Part shown: positions 1 through 11,100 of the stretch, one piece after another
How the letters are laid out: every line of letters starts with the position of its first letter
How positions within the stretch are numbered: position 1 is the first letter of the stretch
DNA from: Rhizaria sp. SCN 62-66
Taxonomy: Eukaryota
Reading direction: 5' to 3'
DNA: 64,000 nucleotides
NCBI GenBank assembly: GCA_001724265.1
Contig: MEDY01000001.1
Location: forward strand, 1-64,000
Position numbers and translations under genes: made by a program
Notes under the pieces: model-generated
Database searches by the model: none
Seen by the model: only the letters and a program-made list of their open reading frames with translations
What the model was told of the DNA's origin: nothing

Positions 1-34
1 TGTATTTTGTTGCCAACTTGACTTGAACGAAATC

Positions 35-104
35 CCTCTGGGCTCCCTCCCCACGGCCCAGAGGCCGGTCCGCGCCATCCTACGACGGACCGATGGTTAG
101 GATG
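35..104. other. Hairpin plus H-type pseudoknot candidate downstream of the gene 1 stop
   Basis: Perfect complementary pairs: CCTCTGGGC 35-43 with GCCCAGAGG 56-64; CGGTCCG 66-72 with CGGACCG 86-92; CATCCTA 76-82 (inside the loop of the previous stem) with TAGGATG 98-104. Confidence 0.4.
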
Positions 105-166
105 TGATTCGATGAGAGCACGCAAACTATCGAGATTGTGTTGCTAGAGTAACGTTCAGGGCGAGC

Positions 167-3097
167 TTAGTTTCTCAACGCCGTTTTCAGGACGTGGAGG
201 AGCGCAGAAAGCGTGTCGGCGTCGGCAAAAGCAGATGCAAAATGCACAATTGTGGCTTTGTTGTCATGGTCACTAGATTGGCTAATGCCACCACACGACA
301 AGCCCATGAACGCGCGAACATTGTCAGCAGCTCCGGTCTGAAGTGCACTTCTGGCTAAGCGCACTGCCACGGGTAACAGCACGCGCGGCCGCGCAGCCAC
401 AGCGAGCACAACAGGCGGCAGCGTCGCGCAAGCGGGTCCAGTGCAACCTGCCGAGTCAGGAGCATGGGCTGTTGCCGCCGGTGGGAGCGCAAGCGCGCGC
501 CACGCATCGGGATCGTTCCAATCCCAGTCTTCGTCAGAGGAGGTCTTGGTCTCAGTCTCGGATTCGCAGTCGCTCATCGCAGCGCCCCCCGCGCCGCTCT
601 GCACACTGTTGTCTCCGTCGTTGTTTCCGCGGGACGAAGTAGTCGTAAGCAGCGCGCGGGCCTCTGCGGCGAGCACGTCGAGCTCGGCCGCCGCTGCGCA
701 CACCTGCCGCGGCAGCACGCTATACGGCTCCGGGGCCGCGCCATGAACACCATCATCAAGAGCGACATCAGCGGCGACATCACCGGCGGCATCAGCGGTG
801 ACGTCGGGGCGATCGAACCACGCGCACCCGCCGCGGCGCGCGCGCTCGGCCGCGGCGCCGCCGGCGTCGGCCCACAGAAGCAAGAACGACAGCGCGCGAC
901 CGTCATCACTGGCGGCGCCGTCGGCAAAGGCCGCTATGCGTGCGCGGACAAAGACGGCGCGCCAGCAGCGGCGCAGCGCGGGGTGCGCGCCCAGCCACGC
1001 GAGCAGTGCCGCGCGCATCGGCGCCGCTGCGGACATCGGCGGAGACAAACTCTGCGCGCCGCCCCAGTCCTCCGCCGCCAGCTCCTCGCCGTCGCTGTCT
1101 CTGCCGCTGTCGTCGTCGTCGTCCTCGCAGCAGTCGGTTGCAACGACGGCGTGGCACGGGGCGGGCTCGCGGAGCCCGGGCCAGAAGGCGGGCAGTGCGC
1201 CGCCGAGCTCAGAGGCGGCCTCACTGCGCAAGTCTTCCTCCCGCCCCCGCTCTTGCTGTTGCTGTTGCAGCGCGTCTGCCTGCGCAGGGGCCTGTGTAAG
1301 TGCTTCCGTCGCCTCAGCCTCAGCCTCCAAGCCAGCGTAAGTGTCAGCCTCGGCGTCAGCGTCCGCACCGAGGTCGATGTCTGCATCAGTGTCATCATCA
1401 CTGAACGCAATATCGCCGTCGCCCGCATTCTGGTCTATGTTAGGGCCTTCTGTGACAGCGTGCTCAGCGGCAGCGTCAACACGCGGGTGGCCGCCACTAA
1501 CCGAGATACCCATCTCCTTGCACGGCCGTTCCACGCCCACAAGCGCGCCGATCGCGCCCGCCTTGAGCGCGAGCAGCAACGCCGCCGCCACAAACGCCGC
1601 CGCAGCGCGCTGCGCGGGCGCCAGTGCGCGCGCGGCGGCAGCCAGCGCGGCGTCGGTGGCCGCGGCGCCGTCGCCAGCCCCTGCCCCCGCGCCCGCGCCC
1701 GCGCCCGCGCCCGCAGTCACTGCAGCGGCCGGGTCCACGGCGGCGCGCGCGAGCGGGTGCGCCGGGGATAGCGCGCCCTCAGAGAGCCAGTGCTCGCGCA
1801 GCAGCAGCAGCGCGTGCGCCGCGCACTCGCGCTCGAGCAGCGCCAGCAGCCGCCGCAGCGCGCCCACGCGCGCGCCGCGCGCAGTCGACCACAGCGCGCT
1901 CGCGCGGGCCAGCAGCCGCGCACCCGCACTCGCTGCAGAGCCACCGTCGTCGCCGCCGCCGCAGTCGCGGTCGCATTCGCAGTCGTCATGCGGCGACAGG
2001 AGCGGCGAAGACATAAGCGACGAAGACACGGCGGCCGCGACGAGACCGACAGCACTCGCGGCGCGGTCTGAGACGCTCATTGCGTAACCCGCGGTGATTG
2101 CTGCGTGGCCCGCGGCGTCTGCGGCGCGGCACAGGCGCTTAAGGCGGGCGAGCGGGAGCAGTGCCGCGGGCGGCAGCGCGCGCAGCCCCAGTGCGGGCAG
2201 CGCGGCCACGACGGGCAGCGCCAGGAAGCGCCAGCACGCCGGTGGCGACCGCGCAGTCACCGGTCCAACACCGGCAGCGACTGCGCCGTCAACAGAGACA
2301 GCAGCGTTCGCAAAAGCGGCTGCGGCGGCGACTGCGACGGGCCCCCGGTTACGGTCACCGATGTGCAGCCGGTGCGGGGCGAGCAGCGAGGCGTAGGCAT
2401 CCGCGGCGGCCGCGGGGCTGGCGCACAGCCCGTGGGCCGTGAGCACTGAAAGCGCAGCGAGCGTACAGGACCAACCGGGGGCGCGTAGTAGCGCAGGCGG
2501 CAGCGGGCGCCACGAGGCTGACAGCAGCAGCCGCGGAGACGCCGGCGGGAACTGCAGCGTCGCAGACTCAGAAACAGACGCAGTATCGAGTGCTGCGGCG
2601 TAGGCTGCGGCGGCGGGCAGCAAACGCACGTAGAGAGCGACGGCGGCGGGGGAGCCCCAGTCAACGGCAGCGATGAGCGCCTGCTGTGCACGCGCGCGGT
2701 GCGCGGAGGCGAACAGGTCCGCGCCGCCGCGGGTCGCGCGCTCGGCGAGGGAGACGAGCGTTTCAGCGACCTCGAGTGTGGGGCGCGCGAATGCGGACGC
2801 GAGCACGAGGCCGTGGAAGACGACGTCCAGCTCGGCGGCGGCCACGGCAGCAGGCGTGGAGCTCTGCGCGGTAAGGTGGAGTGCGATGAGGTCGCGCACA
2901 AGCGCGGGCGCGCCGCGGGCCACGGCGTGGGAGAGCACGGACCGGCCGCAGAAGACCGTGGTGGGCGTCAGGTGCCACGTCGAGAGCAGCTACAGGATGC
3001 GCTCGGCGGAGGTCCCGGCGTCAATCAAACCGCATATGTCATTAAACGCCGTGGCAAGGGCTGACGCGTAGGCGGGGACGCGCAGCGGAGCCTCCAT
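167..3097 (-). CDS. Ala-rich protein with divergent ankyrin-like repeats, 976 aa, with an in-frame TAG at codon 36
   Basis: The ORF track starts at a GTG (2938), but the frame extends to an ATG at 3097 in ACCATGG context: MEAPLRVPAYASALATAFNDICGLIDAGTSAERIL*LLSTWHLTPTTVFCGRSVLSHAVARG. TAG at 2990-2992. Ankyrin-like segments GRSVLSHAVARGAPALVRDLI, ALIAAVDWGSPAAVALYV and DNKATIVHFASAFADADTLSALL. Ends in TAA. Confidence 0.7.
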
Positions 3098-3256
3098 GGT
3101 CTCTCACAAAGGCCGGGGCTCGAGTCAGACAAAATGATATCAGGTCTCCTCTTTGCTCACAAAGGTCGACTGAAGGGAGGTATTGCCTACACTACTGGGC
3201 AAAGAAAGCAGCAAAAAACAAATGAAGACTGCGCCGTGAGAGTATTTTCATTATTG

Positions 3257-4369
3257 TTAACCTTGTGCAGGAGCCATTACGTGCGCTTTTGCGGGTCGTG
3301 CTTGACAACATGAGTTACAACTTTCACGTTGCTGATCTTGATAAAGTTTAAGCCAGCACTGAGTGTATATGACATTTGGAAGACGTATAATGAGCAGATC
3401 CTGTGAAACACTACGTAGTATATTCCAATTTAGCGCCATGTCTGTCACTGACGGTCAATGTGAAGCAGTCTCTAGGAAAGATATGCTTGCAAAGCAACGG
3501 GTTGAGGACTTAAAGAACGCACTGGCGCGCGGGCTTGCTTAACGGAGGTTCGCGTTGCCCTGGCAACACATGCGTCTTTTTGTTGTTCCGGACGGTGTGC
3601 CTAGTCCATTGTTGGGTGCTTCTACGAGCTGTCGCAGACGTACGGTGATTGTGCGTTCGTTAAGTGCCAAAGAGCATTGTTTGGCTGCCATATCTTTCGA
3701 CAGCTGCGCTCGACAATAGCGGTTCATAATGACACGCCGACGGCATAATATTTGAGACATTGTGCGGCATAACATGTTCTACTACTCCCACTTTTTCTCT
3801 CAAAGAACCTGCGACGGCAGACAGGTCAACGCGGTAACTGTTGCGTGCGAGCTTCTTGTTACCACCCTCGGGCAAGTCACTGCTATCAATGTCATTCCCC
3901 TCTCTTTGTACACTCTACCCTCACCACACAGATTGTGAGAACACCAGACGCCATTGTATGGTCTTGTCTTGCGTTGGAACCTCTTGTCGATCAGCATTGA
4001 CAATCCCATATCCGCCCCGTTCACGGTTACTCTCACTTTTTACTTTGTTCCGGTACTAACACCAACACGATGTGACTGTTCCAGCTGAGAGATGCGCTCA
4101 TACAGTTGACACAGCGAGCAATCGAGATGCAGTTATACTTAATGCGCACATTTGACGCACCTCTAGTGCGTTCCACGCATTAACAGCGTGATGATCGCCT
4201 CGGTTCGTCGTAACTTGTTGACTGCGTTGCCATTGAAAGAAGTCGGCCCCTGACACCTAGGCGCGTCGCAGAGGCTACAGATAGTGATATCCGCGTTTTT
4301 CAATCGGGTATTAGTATGATTGCGTGGCCTAGCATCAACACTCGCTCTGCAGCGTGTGCAGTCCCACAT
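3257..4369 (-). pseudogene. Decayed Cys-rich (W-x-C-x2-C / RanBP2-like zinc finger) coding remnant
   Basis: Minus-strand fragments in shifting frames: WDCTRC...ITICSLCDAPR, *RCVKCAH / KYNCISIARCVNCM, WDCQC*...HT...LTICVV, and RESCNSCCQARP. Several stops and frameshifts; GC intermediate between genes and spacers. Confidence 0.4.
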
Positions 4370-5137
4370 AAGAAGTCTTGACCAGCAAAGTTACAAGTGG
4401 GCGCTCCGTTGCTTTTCACAAACACACGTCATAATAGAATCATTGAACGAAAAAGAAACACTCCTATAATACATCTTGCATTAATAAATGTTATACTTAA
4501 GTTTTAAGCCAGCCTGACTTGCTAATCATGATGAAGTCACTTAAAAGCGGCAAACAAAACGAGTATTGGAAGTAATCCTTTTAGTCGCCCCATTTGCTCG
4601 GTCAGGAGCGCGGCTTGACTTCAAAGGAGTCCGACGGATGATAACAAATACCGGATTTATTCACGGAGCTTGTTGACATGAGCAATATTATATGAATATA
4701 TTTAGTGACATGATGCTTTGCATACTATATTTCAACTGTGTTGGTATTCGTTGGAGTCTTGTTGTCGTACCGCCTCGTTCATGGCACCTCGTCGTTGCCT
4801 CACGTTATCGCTCTGAGTTCATGTTTTTCTCTCGGACTACTCGCCAAGATGTGTCTTGCTTTTAAGACCACCCGGGCAAAACAATTTTTGACTTAATTCA
4901 CGCATTTCTCTTTTAAGCATCCTTTAAGACCCAGTGCATCGTCGCTAGAGACTTTGCTTTTGATCTCCTTTGGCTTACACCCGCCTACCCGCCCCTTTGT
5001 CACCGTTGTCTTATCTTCAGCATTTGTCACCGCCACATCACAAGCAGGAGTTTACAGTGGGCGCAGCACAAACCGACAGACCACAACGCACCGTTTGACG
5101 TTATCTCGCTGCTTCCGCGCGCGGTCTAAGCACCCCA

Positions 5138-8100
5138 ATGTCTGACGATTCCTTGCCAGACATGGAGGTTGAGGAGCTGCGCCAGCACTCGCGTACGCCC
5201 TCGCAGTCGCGTGGCAACGCCGAACACTCTCAGTCGCGCAAGGGCACTGGCTCTGCGCATTAGTCCTATGGCGATGGCTGCCAGCCTTCGCGCGGCGACG
5301 CGCATCCTGAGCCGTCCCGCTCGCAGTCGCGCAAGCGGTCGGAGCGCTCCGTGTCGCGCAGGAACGAGCCTTCGCGCTCGCAGAGGGGCCCCGTGGAACA
5401 GCCCCCGCAGGCGTCCTACGGCGACGTTGTCACCGCCGCCCCCGTCGCGGCGGCCGCCGCCGCGGCGGCTGTGAACGCGTACGAGCCCTCGCAGTCGCGC
5501 GGCGAGCCGGCGCTGGTGGCGCCGCTGACCAACTACGAGTCTGTGGACGCCGGCGGCGGTAGCGACCGCGAGTCCGACCCCGGCGTGGACTCCCGCGACC
5601 GCGACCGCGACCGTGACAACGAGCCCGAGCCGAGCTACGCGAGCCGCTTCTCGCAGAGCTACGCGACGCGGCAGCCCGGCACGCCGCGCCGGTCCATCTT
5701 CGCGCGTTCCAACAGCCAGCGCTTCCTCGACCTGCCGCGTCTGACGTCGTCTTACGACGCCCCGCTCCGCGTGGCGTCGCCCGTGGCCGCGGCGCCCACG
5801 CCCAAGCCAGTCAACGACGGACCCGTGCTGCCGCCGCGGCCCGGCTACGTGCCCGCGGACGTCCCCACCTCGGCCTTTCACGTCGTCACGCACTGGCACA
5901 AGACGCGCCGCGCCAACAACACGTACATCTGGTTTGACCTCGCGCCCGCAGAGGGCCGGCTGCGCGGAATCAACGTCATCGTCCGCTTCTACGTCGACGA
6001 CGAGACGCACCCTAAGGGCACGCGCGGCTACCGCGCCGGCGCCACGCAGGACGCGCTCGCCACGGGCCAGTACGGCCGCTTCGCGCTCGAGTCGCTCACG
6101 CAGTACTTTTTCGGCGTCGGCGAGCACGCGCGTTATCTGTACGACACGCCACACGAGCGCGCGATGCAGCTGCACTACGAAGAGTGGGTGCGCGCCGACG
6201 TGCGGCTGATGCTGCTCGAGTTCGGCACGTCGGCCGAGTGCGCTCTCTTCACGGCGCTGCTGCAGCAGTGGATCGCGCTCTGCCGCATGCGCTTCGTCGA
6301 GCGCGAAGTGGGTCACTGGACGCGCACGTGGACCGACACAAAGGTGCGCCGCGTGCTCGAACACGGCTCGCTCGTCAACGTCTACGACCAGAACGCGAAG
6401 CAGACGGTGTGGCTGTTGTTTGACCAGGCGGGCATCCGCACGTGCCGTCCCGAAGACTCGCTGCGCATTGAAGACATCGCGGACATCGTGTTCAAGCCGC
6501 CGGAGGACGTGTCGCCCGTCGACGACGACGCCGTGGCCTCTGCCAACGCGCTCGAGACGGCGCTCGCCAAGGCCGGCATCGCGGCCGCGGGCGCGGCAGA
6601 GAAAGAGGGCATTCCGTCGTCGCTCGACGCCGCGCCCGGCTCGCTGGCACTGATTGAGGCCGGCAAGCGCGTGCGCTCGCAGGGCTACACCGTGGTGATC
6701 AAGACCGTGAGCAAGGAAACGGGCGCTGTGGGCGAGTTCAGCCTCATCGCCATGTCGGAGCCGGCGGTGCTGGAGTGGCTCTTCCGCCTCAAGGACGAGG
6801 TGCTCAAGTACACTACCGCGGCCGCCGACGCCGCCTCCACGGGCTCTCCCACGACATCAACCACACACGCCGAGGGCCACCAGGAGTTCTGGTGGAGCGC
6901 GTTCGAGAACGAAGAGTCTGATAAGCAGCTCAAGGCGTGCAACACACTGCTTGACGACGAAGACATGGTTCTGGTCGGTCCCCCGCGGTCGCTGGACCCG
7001 CCTGAAGTGGCCCGCTTCAAGCGCGCGCGCTGGTCGCTGACCGAAGAAACGCGCCTCGCCACCACGGCGCTGTCGCGCGGCGTGCTGCTGCGTCTGCACA
7101 GCGCCAACGCGCCGCCCGCGCTGCTTATCTTCTCCGTGCGCCAGGGCCGTCTCGCGTGGTTTTCCCCCGCCGAGGCCAACGTGCCGCTGTCCGACACCAA
7201 CTCGATCTCGCTCGAGACGGTCTCGAAGGTCATGCTCGGCAAGCAGACGTCGGGCTTCACCTTCATGGAGTCGGCCAAGGCCGTCGCGGCCGCGCACTGC
7301 TGCTCCATCATGTTCACCCCGCTCGCCGCGGTGGAGCCGCCGTCGACGGCGTCGGCCGCGCACCTGCAGAAGCTCGCGCTCACGGCGCTCAACAAGTGCC
7401 TCGCCGCGGGCGAGCTGTGTCTCGAGGCTGAGAACGAGGCCGCGATGCTGGCCTTCCTGACGCACCTCAAGGTGCTGACGGACGAGCCCGACCTCGTCAC
7501 GGCGGGCTTCCGCGTCGCGCGCAACGCGCTGAGCGACGACGTGCGGTCCATGCTTACGCCGCTCTACGCGGGCACCGAGTTCATCTGGTCGTCGTTGTCG
7601 ACGCACCCTGTGCAGCCCGGCACGGCGCTGCCCGAGGGCTCGATCCTGAGCGAGGACCGCAGTGTGTACTCGCTGCATTCGCCGCCGCAGATCCGCCGCG
7701 TGCTGTTCCGCTCGGGTCGGCTGTACTTCTGCACGCCGGACCACTTTGTGTCGCTGTCGTCGCTGCGCGCGCTGTGCCACGGCCTCCACATCCCGTTCCA
7801 GAAGGCCATCGGGCTGAAGCAGATCCCACCCGGGCACTCGTGGTCGATCCTGTACGACCCCGCGCACAACCACTTCGTCATGTCACAGGGCCTGGTCGGC
7901 ATCGAGACGCTTGCGCCCGTCAACGATTTCACACACGCGCTCACGGCGGCCGCCACGCAGGGTATCTCCTCGTTTGCCGGCTGCGTCGCGCTTAACGTCG
8001 AGTTCGCTTCGCGCGAGACGTTCATTAACTGGCACGAAGGCTTTAAGGTGCTGCTCGCCGACGCCGGCATGTCCGTCTCGCACAGCGCCGGCGCGCTTGA

Positions 8101-11100
8101 CCGCAAGACGGGCCCTATCTACGCGTGCGTGCCGCGCCGCCAGCAGTCTCTGCGCGAGGCCGCGCTCAATGGCGTGCGTTTTCTCACGCACTCCTCGTCC
8201 TCCGCGGGCGCCGGCTCCGGCGCGGGCAACGGCGGCGGCGTGATTGCGCCGCCGACCAAGAGCGTTGTCTACTGCACGCAACAGGCGCTGCTGTGGGGCC
8301 CGCTCGGCGAATGCATGTCGCTGCGCCACGTGCGCGACGTGTGGGCCGGCGGCGCGCCTGACGCTGTGGTCGAGTCGCAGTCGCGCCAGGAGATCTCCAC
8401 CGAACATATCGAGCTGCGCAAGGTCAACAAGGCGCTGGGCCGCAAGTCGGGCGCCGCGGCTCTGGCGCAGGCCGAGGCCGACGCCGCCGCGCGCACGCTG
8501 CCGGGCGACTCGAAGCGCGTGCGGCGCCAGCGTCTGCGCGACGCCCTGGCGGCGAACCGTATGCTGGACGCGTCTGACCGGCTCTCGCTGCTGGTTGAGG
8601 AGCAGTGCGTGCTCGACGGCAAGCTCGCCGTGCACAACAAGGTCGTGCGCTTCTACGCCGTGCCGGGCACCAAGTCTGAGGCCGAGCTGGCGCTCGAGAA
8701 GGACAGCAAGGCGGCCTCGGCCACGGCACTGTCGGACACGCTCGCCAAGGCCCGCCAGGACGGCGACGCCGCCGCGCGTGGCGGCGACAGCGGCGGCGCG
8801 AGCCGCGACGAGAGCAAGTCCAACGCTGGCGGCGTCAGTGGCTCGCGCGTGCGCTCCGAGGAGAGCGACGACGGCTCGTCGAGCGAGGACGAGTACGAGG
8901 ACGACGCCGCAGGCGCGACTTCGGCCTTCTTCGCGCGCGCGACGGCGCTGACAGGCAAGGCCGCCGGTCTGCGCTCGAGCATCAACTCCGCGCACCCGGC
9001 GGCGAGCCAGACGAACGCGTCGCCGCTCGGCGGCTGGGTGCTCGCGCTTCACGACGCGTCGGTCATGGCGCACGCTGCGGCCATGGCGGCCACGCGCGAC
9101 CCCGCGCGCATGCGCTTCCGCATGGGTGCCAAGTGGCACAAGTACATCGAGATGGAGGAGTTCGCGCCGCTGACGCAGGGTGTGGTGATGAACGTGCACC
9201 GCGGCGACGGCCCCGCGGAGCCGCGCCTGGTGTACTTTGCGCAGGGTCGTATTTGCATCGAAGACCCCGAGACGACGACGCGCGAGGCGGGCATCAACTC
9301 CTTCTCCGTCGACGGACTCGACATCATGGTCGGTAAGCAGACGGCTGTGTTCCTGCGCACGCAGTGGGGCATGGAGGCCCGGGACATCTGCTGCTTCACC
9401 ATGATGCTGCGCGACGACTCGATGAATGAGGTCGAACTCAACCTCGAGATGGGCTCGCCCGTGCACCTCCAGCACTACATCGACTGCGTCGAAAACTTTC
9501 TCCGCTCCGAGGGCGCCCGCGTCGTGCGCTCCGAGGAGCCGTCGGCATTCCCCGAGGCGCCGCCCGCGCGCTTCATCTCGTTCCTGCCCGAGAACGCGAA
9601 GCTCACGGCGCGCGGCTCCACGCGCCAGCGTCTGCAGCGCCTGCTCAACTCGGGCACGCCCTTCATCATGTTCGACGGCCCCAACTCGCCGCCCCAGGAA
9701 GTGCTGCTCTTCGTGCGCAACAACGCGCTCGTCTGGGTGCCCAAGGAGAACCGCATCGGCATCTCTACGGTGCAGTCCGTGGTGCTGACCAAGACGGCTG
9801 CCATGGCGCGTAACCCCTACGCCGCGAGCGCCGACGCCTTCGAGTGCGCCGTCGTGACGTTCGAGGACGCTGCCGCGGCGGACCGCGTCGGCGAGCTCCA
9901 CATCGAGGCGCCGGGCCACATCACCAAGTTGCACTCGTGGTTCCTCGGTCTGCACCTCGGCCTCGAGCGCGCCGGCGTCGTCGTCGCGCCAGAGACGCAC
10001 TCGGCGGGCGGCCTGCTGGGCTTCCGCCAGTGGACCGTTGCACCGCCGATCGAGTCGCACACGGCCGTGTCCGGTCCCGGCGAAGTGCTCATTTCGCTGC
10101 CGACTGGCGAGAAGCTGCGCATGTTCGCTGATTGCTCGCGTCTGTACCTCTGCGGCGCCGAAGTGGGCCGTCAGGCCGTCACGGCGCGCTCGCTGCACTT
10201 CCGCGACCTCATCGCCATTCACATCGGCTCCGCCGCTGGCGCGTTTGACGCGACGACTAAGGAGCGTCACGCCGCGCGTATGCTGCGCCGCGAGACGCTG
10301 AACATCAGCACCGCCGACTCGTCGTCGACGTCGCTTGTCGACAGCAGTCTGCTCGACGTGCGCTCCTTCTCGCTGCAGTTCTTCGACCCGATGTACCGTG
10401 CCGTCACGGTCGGCTTCCTCGCGTCGTCGCACGCGCAGCTGTCGCGCGTGATCGACATGATCCTCGTGCAGGTCAACTCGCTTGGCTTCCAGGTTGTCGA
10501 GCCCTCCGGCGTGCGTATCCCTGGCACGCGTATCTCTATCTGGTCCCCCAAGCGCATCCACCTTCTCCGCGACCTCTCGCCCTCGGCCGCCGCCATCGGC
10601 GCGCCGTTCCTGTGCTCGCCCGCACAGTACTTACGCGCGCTCATGGCGGCGCCGCTGCGCGAGCTCGTGCGCGGCCGTGAGTTCACGGGCATCGCCATCG
10701 GCCGCAACGGCCAGATGCACAAGCTGCCCGTGTGCATGTTTTACGACGGCCAGGACCGCACGCTCAACGCCGCGCGCGGCGCCTTCACCACGGACGGCTC
10801 GCTCACGACGGCCGCGCAGGGCGCGTACGATGAGGACGACGAGTGGTGCACGTCGGGCAGCGCGCTGACGCACGGCAAGATCTATTGGTGCCCCACGGGC
10901 CGCCGCGAGCAGATCCCCGGCTGCGCAGTGGCGCTGCGCGACGTGCGCCACATTTACGTCGGCAAGCAGACGCCGGCCTTCGTGTCGCCCGTGGCAATGG
11001 ACCTGGACCCGGCGTGCTGCTTCTCGATCGCGACCGAGACGGACACGCTCGATATGTGCGCACCCAGCCCGCACCTGCTGCGCACTTGGGTGCACGCCAT

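Noticed and set aside
4590-4660. GACTTCAAA resembling a UCA anticodon loop (also GTTCGAAT near 17883)
   Set aside because: No cloverleaf stems or matching T-arm; no tRNA, including a CUA suppressor, is evident in the window.
5193-5361. GTACGC at 5193 as the donor of an intron removing the TAG at 5261
   Set aside because: Nearby AG acceptors (5263, 5284, 5311, 5326, 5335, 5344, 5361) all shift the frame, and the segment is GC-rich and encodes the same SQSR repeat as the flanks.
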